64,000 nucleotides of DNA from Raillietiella orientalis (lineage: Eukaryota). This document shows, piece by piece, positions 48,288 through 60,800 of this stretch (positions are counted from its first letter, which is position 1; every line of letters begins with the position of its first letter). Below the pieces are notes generated by a model. That model saw only the letters and a list, made by a program, of their open reading frames with translations. It did no database searches and was not told the origin of the DNA. Where the stretch lies: NCBI GenBank assembly GCA_036172245.1, contig JAYWIR010000046.1:1054001-1118000 (forward strand). The letters run 5' to 3'. Position numbers and translations under genes: made by a program.

Positions 48288-49987
48288 ATGTCGAAAGAAA
48301 TGATGAATCGTGAAGGTTCTCTTTGGATGGGCGATGTAAATTGCTTATTAATATTTTATCATATTTATTTTAAATTTCATGTCTCTGGAGAAACAATATG
48401 AGGTCCATTTTTTTGTAATGTGGTTTGTTTATGCTCCATGTTTTTATTAATTCTTAAAACTCAGCGCAGACTTAAATGTTTAGCGCTTTCTGAGTAAAGT
48501 GTCTTATTAGAGTCTACTTAAATATGTGTTTCCAAATGTGTCTTCAAACATTATAATAAATAAGTCTTCGCCTTAGTTTTTAAAGTTCAATTTTTAGTTA
48601 AACACGTGTAAAATTGAAATGGCTTTGTGTTTCATCCTATGTGCTATTATTTTGGATGCAAGCTTTTGATGTTTTGTTATTTTTTACCTTGCGTTGTACC
48701 TGGTGTAAAACGGAAATCATGATTGCAGATGTTAGGGTGTAGCTTTCCTGAAAGTGTAAAACTTCACGAGAGATTCATCAATTGTGAAATTTCTTTTTGT
48801 ATCTAGAAAGTAATCAAATGAAATTGGTACTGTGGTTTATAGTAATAAGATGCATTTTTGTCATTTTCTGTTGCAAGTGATCTTTATGGAACAGTGCAAA
48901 TGAATAAATAACCTTATCAGTGCCCTGATCCAAATTTCTACTGAATTGTTGTTTGTGCTCAAATAAGCTGACAAAATCTCAAGTTGATTACTTGAATCAT
49001 TCTCTTTTTTTAGATTGAAAACTACATGACAGAAGACTTCATCAAGCAAGCTTTTGAATTGATGGGAGAAGAATGTTTGAGCATCAAAATTATGAAAAAT
49101 AAATTCAGTGATTTGCCAGCAGGATACTGTTTCATTCAGTTCAAGGATGATCAAACAGCTGTTTCTGTAATGCACAGGTTAAATGGGAAAAATGTTCCTA
49201 ACAGCCAGCCTGTGAGTATTTTTTCCCTCGCTAATTTCAATTTTTGTGCAGCCTATTCGTTTTAAATTGAACCATGCTAGTGCCACTGCCAAACAAGGAG
49301 TGGAGAAAGAGTTTTCTTTGTGGGTTGGTGACATATCAGGAGATGTAGATGACCACCAGTTGTACAAAGTTTTTGCAACCCGTTACAATTCTGTTCGCAC
49401 AGCTAAAGGTATGCTGATTCCCAAGTGTGTAGCATTTCTGCATTTGCTTCCAGTGATTATGGATGCTTCTGGTTTCAGCCGTGGGTATGCATTTGTGCGT
49501 TTTGCTAATGAGGCTGAACATAAAGATGCTCTCACCAATATGAATGGTTTTAAAGGATTGGGTAGCAAGCCTATCAAAGTGAGCCTGGCTGTACCCAAAA
49601 CCCAAATGGGCACTCTGGGTGAGGTGAATACTTCCTACAGCCAGCAATACTATGAGCAGTATTGGCAGAATTATGCTGCTTGGCAGGGTTATTATGACCC
49701 TAGTGGCTACTATGCTGGCTATACAGGTGATCAGAATGGCATGTATGTAGGTTATGAGGAACCATCAGAAGATGATTTTAAACTGATTGGTAAGTTATCA
49801 GTTTCTTAGAACAAACAATTATTCCTGATTATTAGAGCATGATACACCAATTGATGTAGATGCCCTCAACAGAGAACTGATCAGTAGAAGTGAGGAGTTT
49901 TGGGACTCATTAGATCACTCTCGATGGCTTCCTCCTGATGCTTTAGAATCTCATCCCCCACCTCCTTTACCAGCCCGTACTGCATAA
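48288..49987 (+). CDS. TRNAU1AP: tRNA selenocysteine 1-associated protein 1 (SECp43), two RRMs plus a Tyr-rich region, 296 aa
   Basis: Exons 48288-48335, 49014-49211, 49252-49408, 49454-49789, 49836-49987 (891 nt). SLWMGD/IENYMTEDFI..AF..MGE, PAGYCFIQF, RFKLNHA, EFSLWVGD, SRGYAFVRF, GLGSKPIKVSLA, and C-terminal SEEFWDSLDHSRW. Confidence 0.93.
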
Positions 49988-50023
49988 CATCATTCTTTAC
50001 TTTTTGCATAGTATATTGGCAAC

Positions 50024-51853
50024 TTAAGAAGGCTCAGGGTTGACAGAAGGAATAGTCCGTGGGCCATACAGCAATACATATGCACAGTGCCAATCCCCTT
50101 GCAGGAGACTGAATGGTTATTGGGTGGGTGGGCATGCTACAGCTTACCTCCCCCAGACAACTTGAGAATGTCATCCTCACTGACACATGACATTGTATCA
50201 TCATCACATTTGACCCATTGGCCCTTCTTTATGCAAACCCAAGCTACATAATGCCCACTGGAACTGGAACGGCCTTTATGGGTTAAAACTGCTTGCAACT
50301 CATAATAACCAGAATTGTTGGAGCCAGGGTCGTCAGGAAAACTGAATGGAAGAGTCTGATATGTAACCTGATCTCCATTTGGTTGATGAGCAAGCCTATC
50401 TTCGTATTCTTGAAAAGAAGCACGCATTGTTCCTAGCTTCTGCTGCAACTCTGGAGTGCACAATTCATATATATCTAAATGAATGGGAAACTTCACATCC
50501 TTCAATATTTTGGCATTAACAGCCTCTCGTTCTTTGAAAAAAAAGCGTATGAACTGAATGGTGAGATAAGCTGGCAATCGACTAATATGGGATGTTTTGC
50601 TATAGGTGGCATCTGTACCTAGACTAACTGAATGCTTGGACAACGATTCCTGTAAACGCTGCCAGCAACATATTTTGTCTCTAACTCTATGTTTTGCTCA
50701 CATTACGCAGGCCTGATTGTAGATATTTGACATCTTGGGAAATGAAGCAGCTGAGCTGCAAAAACTCTTCTTTGCAATGAATAGCTGGTTCTTCAGGACA
50801 TTCAGTACACTGTAGAGTGCACTCAAATTGAATACCAAAGTACTTATTAATGAATGGTATTCTACAAAGCACATTTGTTTTGAGGTTACCTCAGTGACTT
50901 TACCTGGGTTGTGTGACATCATCTGTTTGTGATAGGTATAGCTTTTGTTGCAAGGCATAAATGATCTCCATCCAACATTCATTTGCATCTTGTTGCATGA
51001 ATCCTCCATGTTCGGATTTTTCTGCAAACTGTGGATGCATTGCATGCAAAGCTTGGAGCACAGCAATTGGAGGAATGGTAGCATTGTGCTCCATGCTTGC
51101 AAATAAATTATGCAAAGCTGCTACCATAGATTCACATAGATCCCCTGACCTAGTCAATGAAAAATCTGCACATTTGCAGACATGGAGCTATTAATAAAAC
51201 ATGCACTACCAAAACTTACTGCCTTGAAAATCCTTTAATGTTTGTCTCAACTCAGGCACACTATGCAAACACTGAATTGTTGCATTCAAATAACATGTAT
51301 TCCCTAAATTAATAAGTCCTGCTGGAAGTTGCATCTAGGAGATGAAATTAAGAGTCAGTCATACAGCTATATACATACAGCTAAACAGAGTTGCTGTTCA
51401 CTCATATCCTCGAGAAACACTGGTTTATCTGTCGGTTCACTTGGTACATCTTCTTCTTTGCTTCCCATAAGTAGCAACACCGCACCCTACAAATGTTTAA
51501 TACATTGACACTAAAACTTCCACATATTAAATATTATATGTTGTGATAAATTTCATCTATTACATTTTTAATTAGCATTTTATTCCAACTTTCATCTTTT
51601 ATAGTCACTCCTTTGAACATAATTTTTTGTCTTTCGGGTAATACTCCGGTAAGCGCAAACAACTGGGCTTTAAAGACCATCAGTTCTTCATCTGTGTTAA
51701 CTTCTATGCCAGAGTAACTTTCTTTGCCCCATCGGACCTTGACTAAAAATTAAAAAGTAAGCATTTCGTAAACAATTTACTCTTAACATTAAGGATCGTC
51801 AATTCTGTTAACGAAACCCATGTGTATTAGCACGTACCTGTATATATAGGCAT
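50024..51853 (-). CDS. USP14: Ubiquitin carboxyl-terminal hydrolase 14 (UBL + USP domain), 474 aa
   Basis: Exons 51853-51838, 51742-51564, 51486-51379, 51334-51220, 51165-50904, 50861-50702, 50658-50148, 50097-50024 (1425 nt). VKVRWGKE, FKAQLFALTGV.PERQK, Cys box GLINLGNTCYLN, QQDANECW, His box THKGRSSSSGHY, KLSGGGDWHCAYVLLYGPR. Confidence 0.97.
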
Positions 51854-54748
51854 ACTAAAATTATTCACTAATGTTTACTCTCAATTATACCAATATTTAG
51901 CAAGTGAACCGATAAAAATCAAGGACTTCTCTCACACAATCAATTCTTTATCATTATTTTTGACTAATTGGAAATTATGTCAGGTTTAAACAGCTTCGGC
52001 ACACATTTAACAGCGTTATGACACTTCATGCCCATAACAAATTTGAACAATGCTGCCAAATACACTGCCAAATGCTTTGAACATGACAACAAACAAATAA
52101 GCAGAATTCAAAAATAGAACTGGAACTGAAACTGAAATCTAAAAAACAAACACTCGATTAAAAAAGAGGACTAAATAAAAATCATGCTTAGTCACAGACT
52201 GTAATCATTTTGAAAAATGCACTTGACTGAATACAATTCAAAGTTCAACATGCATATATAGAAGAAAAGGAACTTAATGAGCTTCTTTCTGTTTAATTTT
52301 CCAAGTAAAAGTACCACAGTGCAACTCAAAAAATAAAATACATATAACTTTTACGATTCAAAGGAGTATGATTAGCTATATCCTTACTATTTGCCTTTAT
52401 TTTTAGACATTCTACCAATTACTTACATTAAGCAGACCTATATGTATATTTCAGTCAATAATTCAGCAATTTAAAACTGTAGTTATTGTCGATCTCCCTT
52501 AAGAGTATTTTGAAAAAATCCTATAGTAAACAAAATACACTTTTTGAAAAAGGTATCATAGGAAATAATCTTTGCAAGATCAAAATCGCCAGCCTTCAGT
52601 TCAAGTGTTTTATTTTTGAAATCTCTGTAATTGAAGAATAAGAAAAAAAATCCTTTTTTTCCAAATATTTATGAACAAATGTTATTAATATGTAGTATTT
52701 TCTTTCTGTCATCAATAATATCCATTTATCATTTCAAATTTTTATTTCTAATTTGTTACGCTTTGATGAATTTATCATTCAGAATTCATAGTGGCATTAG
52801 ACGAACTTTTAGAAAAACTTGGTGTTGCTTATTAATCAAGTACTAGGCATACACTATTGCTAGCTAGAAAATCTTCTCATTATAAAAATTTGCCATACTT
52901 AAAGAATTGGTCATCAGTAAAATTTTGCCTCAGTTTATTTTTTCAATGAAGCATTTGCTCAATTTCCACAATGATCTAAAATTTAGGTTTAATAAACACA
53001 TGCTCTGTAATTAGAATTATAGCAGTATGCATGGAATGGTCTTGAGAAAAGCATTTGTGTAGATTCTGAAAAGAACTTATAGTTAAAATTTATTATTGTC
53101 CAACTATCAATTTGTTTACTATAAATCATTTAGAACGGGTTCAGGATATGAAATGCAGATATCAAAAACGATAGCATTCAAATACACTACTGAATTATAA
53201 ATAGTTATTTAATAATAATTAGCAAATATTTATTTAATCGTGTAAAAACCGAATTTTGAATATGGTCACAATTTCAATTTTTCATTTTCAGGGAAGCTTT
53301 CGCTAAAACATTTTCCTTTCATGCAATGTTACCGATGAAGCATGAGACATAATGTTGGCTGTGCATTCTTGGTACTCTGGGATGTTATAGATGTAGCATA
53401 TATGTCAGAGCATATGTTTGCCAACTAAAAAGTTAGTTTACTGGAACTCATGGTAAAGAAAGATTTAAGTTAAATACACGAAAAATTTCAAAAGATTTTT
53501 CAAAAGATTCTTCCTTCAATATTAGCAAATCTCGATACGAGTAAATGTCAGTTGGGCTTCTAGTGTTCTTTGTTTGTTGCAAGTGAATCAGGGATACTGT
53601 TCATATTCATTAGGATATCAAAAAATATTAAATGCAATTCACAGAAATACATTCAAATTTCCTTTTCTAATAAATAGATCATTTCCTTCGTAATTCTGCC
53701 CTCATTTTCCATTTCCGACTTTCAAGGTCTTTAGAAAGTTCTGGTACGTATTTGGAATGAAGGAAATCTTGTAATTTTCGAATTAGAGAGTGCCCAAAAT
53801 GCAAGATTTCCAAAAACTCTGCAGATAGTACTTCTGGAAGACAAACTTAGCTCAGGGAGTGTTTGAAAAATGTGGAATTCCACTAAAGTCTTCAGATCTA
53901 TTTTAAACAAGTAAGCCAAGTCATACATTACGCTTCTTTATCTAGGACCTTAAAAAAAAATAAAATAAAAATAAACATAGTGCTTTTCTCAATGTTACAG
54001 TTACATTGCACACCTACGGAAAATTGCACCAAAAAACTTCAATTTGATAAAACAGGTATTTGCTAGGAAAAAAGCTCTGTAATTTTGAGGTGAAGGGAAC
54101 TTTTACGTATAAAATAAGAGTTAAAGACGAAGTTAAAGCATAAAAATATAACAAATCGAATTAACTTTGAGAAAGTGTCGTCAAATAGATAATTTAATTC
54201 ACTGAATGATGGCAGAATGCTTCTTTCCGTGGAAGAAAATGAAGGACAGCTTTCTAGTAGGCAGACACCTGTTCTTATTCCAAGCATAACAAAGAGCCCA
54301 GAGAGTTTCACTTACAGGATCGTTTTGATCTTTGCATTTATGAAGCGAAAGACCCAGAAGTTCAGAATACCTAATCCAGCTATGCTAGTGTCTCTATCTG
54401 CAACATTGTCTCCCTTAAGGGAAGCCCTTGGCTGTGGCACACACTGGCAAGATGGGAGGTAATATGCTGTATCGAAGGAAGAAATAAATCCCTCTCTGGG
54501 TGGAGTACACGAGAGCTAGTCGCCGCTGCGACTTCCAGTGCCCCATACCAAGGACTGCTTCTCTGGGTAGAGCACCTGAGCATCCCACAGTCCACATCTT
54601 CTGCACGAGCGATGGGCAATTGGTCTTCTGCCCACACCGCGTATTAAAAGTGGGTTTAACCTTGCAGCAATTTGGTTTTGACCAAAAGGCTGAGAAGAGA
54701 TGCGCCCCAAGAATGCCGTGTTTGGAAGCGACGCGCCAGCTATGCTGC

Positions 54749-57700
54749 AAGGGTCCTCCGACGCATGTCTGGAGGTTGCCGGCCAACTGGCTAAGAAATC
54801 CGGTGGCTGCGGAGCACCTCCGCCAGCATCTCCGGAGCTTGACCGTTAGGGAGCTCGTGGACTGGGACGATCTGAAAAGATCGGTCCGCGAGTTCTGCAG
54901 CCGGTTCCCCTTGCGCCTGCTTCCCCGTGGCTTCGGAGAAGGTGTGGCCAACAGCAGAGAGTTTCTGCAGGCCCGCCAATTCTCCCGATGCCCGGACGTC
55001 CGGTACCTTGCGGAGTACAAGGCCAAGGCCGAGCGCCAGGTCTGGCAGTCAGCAGCGGCTTGTCTGCTCGACAACCAGGGCCTGGAGTGCTCGGACGCGG
55101 CCGACGTTCGCCGCCTCCTGAAGAGCTACTACTCCTCGTTGTATGCTAGGGAGCCGACGGAACGCAGTCTCTCGGAGCTGCTTCTGCCGGCGGATTCCCC
55201 TGCAGTCGACGAGGAGGAACGCGCCACTCTTGACTTGCCCTTCACGGCGGAAGAAGTGTCTTCCGCCATAGCGGGCCTCAAGAAGCGCAAGGCGCCAGGC
55301 AAGGTGGTCTGCCTGCGGAGTTCTTCCAGTGCTTCGCGGCGGAACTCATCCCCCTGGTGCTGAGGCTTTTTGCGCTGATGCGAGAGACGGGCAATGTCCC
55401 GGCCTCGTTTCGCTCAGCAAGGGTGCGTCTCTTGCCGAAAGGTGGAGACATGCGCCATTTAAGCAACTGGCATCCGATCACTTTGGTAAATGCAGACATC
55501 AAGTTGTTCTCCAGGCTCTGGGTCGCGCGCCTAGGCAGGATCGCTGAATCCGTGGTAAGCCCGGAGCAGTCCTACGCTGTTCTCGGAAGGTCCATGGAGG
55601 CGAACCTGTTCTTCGCGCGCACGTGGCTCGAGCTGCAACGCTGCGTGGCGCACGACAGCCAGGTAACCGCATCTGCGGCTGCCGCGGCTAGGCGTCGCTG
55701 CATTCGGCCTGAGGAAGCGCCGGGTGCCTTGGCGGTCGCGGTCGATCTCTGCAAGGCGTTCGACTGCGTAAATCAGGATCTCCTCCTGGAGCTCCTGCAA
55801 CGCCTCGGTCTCCCGGTGCACCTCGTGGCGTATTTGCGCGCTTGCTGGCTCCACGCGCTCATTTCGATCTTTTTCAGCGGCTGCCACGTGTACGGCGTGC
55901 CGGTGCGGCGGGGCATCAGGCAGGGCGACAGCTTAAGCCCGTTGCTCTTCAGCATCTTCTTTGAGTTGGTGCTGAGGGCGTACAGGCTGACGCTGGCCAA
56001 CCTGCCGAGCTCTTGTCCAGGAACGCCGTCCGTGGCGGCCTATGCCGACGACCTGCTTCTCCTTTTACCCATGACCACCCCGGCGTCCAGTCTCGAGGAT
56101 TTCTTCGAGCTGATTCGCCGGGGAGTGGGCATGAGCGTAAACCGGAGCAAGAGCGTGGTCGTTCCCATTGGTGCGGCGTGGGAGGGGCAGTCTGACTGGA
56201 TCCGCCTGGGATCCCGACCGCTTCGTCCATGCAATATCTGGGCGTTCCGCTGGGGAACATCAGCCCAGTGGAAGTGTGGTCGGACTGCCTACAGAAGGTT
56301 ACGAATGCTCTGAGCCCGTTCCACCATGGCAGGTTCCTCCTGTCGGAGCGAGCGGCGATATGGAACACCTTCGTTGCCCCCCTCTTGCGCCCCCTGCTTT
56401 TTGTTTGTCCGCCCCCCCACTCGGCCAAGCTCCAGGCGCACAGCCTGTTGAGGAACGCTCTGTGGGGACCTGCGAGGTCCAGGATCCGCCTCAAAGACTT
56501 GGCGGCTTCGCGTCGGGATGACGGCTTAGGCATCCTGACGCTGGAGAGAATCGAGCTGCAGGTGCAGCTTCGGATGTTGGCCCTGTGAGCCAACCTTTGG
56601 TCCACTCCGTGGTGCGCTCCCGCGCGCCTGCTTCTGCGGCGCTGCACCGGCAGTGATGGACTTCTGTCGCTGCGGCCGCACACGGAGCGCGCCACGAGAA
56701 GCTTCGGTTTCCCGATGAAACCACTATACCGGCTCCTGGAAGCATCAAAATGGATCTCCTGCTGCCCAACGAACTTTGAAGCCTGGCGGCAGGAACCGTT
56801 GCATGGCTGGGCAAAGCACCAGGATGTTTCCCTCCTGGAACTCCGTTGCGCTCACCTCTCCCCGTACTGCACGGTGGATGAGGTGTGCAACAGCCAGGAG
56901 AAGTGGACCCGCCTGGCCGTCACCCACCTCGCCGACGCACTGTCAGCCCTCAGGGCAAGAGATGACAGCTGCGAACCGGCGAGATGGGAGGTCGCCTGCA
57001 CCATCGCAGGAACAACACGACCTGTTGGCGGCTGGAGGACTTGCGAGCTGGCGGACGCCTCCACGCCTAGCCACGTTCCGAAGGGACTCCTTCGGTAGAG
57101 TGAACACTTAAGTGTGGCCCCCGAAGAACTTGTGGTCCCTCCCTCCTGTTTGAACACTTCTGTGTTCCCCCTTTCGTAGAAGCAGGACGTGATCATGCTG
57201 GTGCATTGGGGTTTTCACTCCAACCAGCGCACGAACCTTGTTTCCGGGGGAGTTGTCTCCCCAAACTGTAAGCGGTGCGGGGAAGTGGAAACGCTCCCTC
57301 ACCTGCTCCTGGACTGCGGTGCCCTCCTAGGACTGTGGCGGAGGCTGGCCTCAGCTCTCCTGCACCAGGGGGACACCGCGAGAGACTTGATGCGCCGCTT
57401 CTTCACGCCAGGCGGCCTGTCTTTAGGTGCTGTCGTTGCAACCGTGTGTTGCACTCACGCCATCGACAAGGCCCACCGAGAGTTGGAGAGGCTGGCCATC
57501 CTTCGTCAGCCCACCGGATTAGCCAGCGCAAGCATATCGTCGGCTGCCGAGTGGGCCCATCTGCCAGAGGACGCTAGGAGAGAGATCGCCGGCATCCATC
57601 GCCGGTTTTGAAAGAAAGGAACGGCTTTACCAAAGACCCCTGTCCCCTGCCCTCCATATTTTAATTTTTTTTTTTATAGGAGTGTATTTGTGGTTCCCTC

Positions 57701-57835
57701 CCTGCCGTTCCGGACTTTCGACATACCCACCTGCGTGTCAGGGATCCCACCCCCTTCGCCTCTTGTTTTTCCTTTGTCCAGGAACTCTGTTCCCGGATAG
57801 TTTTTAATAAATGCCCCGGCGCACCCGGGTGATAA
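54749..57835 (+). mobile_element. 5'-truncated, decayed non-LTR retrotransposon (L1/Tx1-like) with 13-bp target-site duplication
   Basis: ORF2 remnant from the post-endonuclease WRL...WDDLK motif through KAPGK[D]GLPAEFF, NWHPITLVNADIK, DLCKAFD, RQGDSLSP, AYADD (YADD at 56041-56052), YLG and a CKRC-x7-H-x4-C knuckle. Frameshifts at about 55304 and 56200, with in-frame stops at 56586, 57096 and about 57177. AATAAA near the 3' end. Flanked by CCAGCTATGCTGC at 54736-54748 and 57836-57848. Confidence 0.95.
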
Positions 57836-57848
57836 CCAGCTATGCTGC

Positions 57849-60800
57849 CGAAACGTGCTGTAGGCTCTCTGAGGCGAGTTTTTCGAGTCGACCCCAGCCT
57901 TAGCACGCGGAAGGCAGCCTCGGAGCGTACCTTCCGCGTAGCATGGCAGAAGGTTGGGGTCGACGGAAAGGTCTGAAGTTTCCGTTCTTGCTGTCGGTCG
58001 TTTTTCGTCTTGTGTAGCTCACGCTGAATCACTGTGACCAGTGTAGAGCAAAAGCAAGAAGCGAAAGCAAGAAGAACGATCCCCCGGCTCCCATCCTAGA
58101 GACGAATTCCTCTATTCTGTACGCGTCCTCGGAGAACGCTTCCGCGCCGAAGAAAACCGTCCCATCCATCTGAATCGGAGGCTAATCTCCGACTTTTCTT
58201 CATTTCCTCGTTCGACGCGGGGATCCGAGTCTTTCTGTTCGATGCAGCGTCTTCTGCGCCATGGACATCATGCCAATTATTATGGCGATTTCTTTCGTAT
58301 GAATTCATTTATCTCACGAAGAGTACCGCTCCTACTGCCACGGACCGCGTGCGGCTTCCCTCGTGGGTTCTTTTCCGGCGCCCAGCTGTTCGTTTCGCTT
58401 TCCTGGACTCCTGGCGCTCGCCTCCTCCACCAGCTGCAGGCGCGGGCGACGAACAATCACGCGACGTCTGGCGCGTATTCCTCGCTCCTGGTGGCTTCCA
58501 GGAGCTCGACACACCGCGGTGACGAATCTTCCTCCTTTTCCCCGTAAATGGGTTTTGCCCGACTCCCCAAGAAAGCGCTTCCGATCGGATCGCTTTCGCA
58601 TCGAACGGACTTCGCTTCGTTTCCGGTTCCTCGCCGGCTTCGAGCAGCGCGTCGGGCGCCTCCGCAAGAACCGGCATAGATTCCAGTCCTCCTGTCCCAC
58701 TCCGTCCGCATCCGGGTTTCCACGTGTCGTCCGACTTGCGTCTTTCGTGGGCTGTGCACTCTCTTTGGCGGCTTGCTGGGCTTCCCTCGGTGAGAGGGAC
58801 TGACGTTTCCTAAGTGATTTCTCGATTTCGCTGGGTGCTCAGCTTCCGCCTAGACTTTGCAGGCTCTTTTGCTCCCTGAATGACGCGACGTCGACCCGCG
58901 TCGGTCGGCAGTGGTATTCGAGATGCCTCCATGCACCCCCTCCTTTCACTTCCCCTCCCCACTTGCGCGTGAGGAACTCCCATGCACCCGAAAGCGTAGG
59001 CAGGAGCTCTTTTAAGAGGATCCTTGCACGAACGCATTCGTCGTCGGTACTCTCGGTTCCCGTTTGCATTTGTCGCAGTGCACCACCACGCGCTGGTGAG
59101 CACACTGAGTACCGAACACCTTCGTTTCCCGTGCCAGTACACCATTCGGTGTTCTGCAGCGGTTGCGCCTGCATCCGCTCCCAGCTTGTCTGCTCTCGAG
59201 GATTTGCTCGTTTCCCCGGTGTCCGGGAAGAACGAGAGCGCAAAGCGGTAAACCTAGTGGGACAACTGGACAGGCAGGTTCGTAGTGTCTGAGGGTTACC
59301 ACGCTACGGTCGGATCCAAAAAAGCAGCGGAGACCGAAAATTCCTGCGGATCGTGACTTTTTCCCTAGTCTTCAGCAATCGTATGCCTCCGATGGCCGCG
59401 GGGGAATCATCGGATGGTCAGTTTCCTCCCTGTAGCTCTCCCTGTAAGTTTCGTGTACTCCGCGCGAGTCCCTCTGCATAGCCACCATCGACGTTCCCCT
59501 CTGTGCCGCTCTCGGGTGCCAGCGATCAGCCGCGTGTCAGGGAATGCGATCGTAGCGTGCAGGCGAAGGAGTTCGCGGGAAGGACAGCATCCTTGTTTCC
59601 AGTGCTACCACGAAGCTCCCGTGACTTTCGTTTCGAACCGAGCTGTCCGAAAGAGTTTCCGAACCTCTCGTGCGCGCCGGTGACTCTCATTTCTCGAGCT
59701 CGCTCCGCACCCCTGAAGATGCAGAACAGCAAGGAGCAAGGACCTACTCGTGGCGTGCAACACGTCGCTCCTACGGATGCCCTAACCCAAGTACCCCATC
59801 GTTGCACTTGGCAGGTACTTCATAGGTCGAAATCCCGATCCGCTTTGAAATTTCCGAAGAATCCTCCAAGGCAGGAACGTCCGCAGAGGGCAGCTCAGGT
59901 CTTGCAACTGCTCGGAGGGAGTTGCAAGACCTGCGCTGTTTCGGCATCGTCGTTGGCCACCGCCGCCGTTTGGGATGGCGGATCGAACGTGTGGAGAGCG
60001 CCCTTGCATCAAAAGGAAAACCAAAAGGCCATTGCGGACTGCATCCACGTGCGTCCATGAGGTCTCTCGTCTTCCTCCTCGGCTCTTCTTCTTCCCTTTA
60101 TGCTCAGATCCGCCTTGAAAAATGGCTACCTCCATGCACACCTCTTCGATTCTCTCCCGTTGATCTTTCCTCGGAAACAGCTGTTCCGACATTCACTCGA
60201 AAGAAGCATTCCTTGAATGATTATTTCCTTCCATCCGCTGGACCAAATCTTTTCCGAACTGCTGGGTTGTAGAGTGCTTTAGGATTCGAGAGGGCGTCCA
60301 TAACTGCACTTGGTCCATCCATCTTGCGACTTCGGCGCCTGCGTCTCGTTTGAGCTCGTCTAACAGAAGCTTCGCGTGCTCCTTGGATGCTACACCAATC
60401 TTTTCCATGGATCCCTCACTTTCATTCGATCTCTGCTTGACTGAGCCCTGTTCAGAGATGCCATTTGGCAGTGAATCAGAATAACGGAAGATCGGATCCT
60501 GGTTCATCCTCCTGAATTGAGGATCGCTATGTGTCCTGACACATAGCAATCCTCGACAAGAATACGACGTGGAAACTCTTCGTAAATCCAAGTACATGTA
60601 CGATGAGAGAATTAATAATGTGAACTCGAATCCTTCAGGTCATTAACCAGAAATTCGGAATGCCACTGCGTTCGGAAGAGCACAAAAAAATGGAGACAGA
60701 GAACCGAACCTTTGCATCCTTTCTCAAACACCAAGCTACTCGTTGTTCTTTGACGAGAGCATTGCAATAAGAAGTCCTTTCCTTCTGAAAAAATGGATAT

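Noticed and set aside
48870..48935. Possible C/D-box snoRNA in SECp43 intron 1
   Set aside because: Box C is imperfect and no antisense element was identifiable.
56586..60195. In-frame TGA codons as selenocysteine, prompted by the nearby SECp43 gene
   Set aside because: They lie in decayed sequence with frameshifts and TAG stops, and no SECIS was seen.
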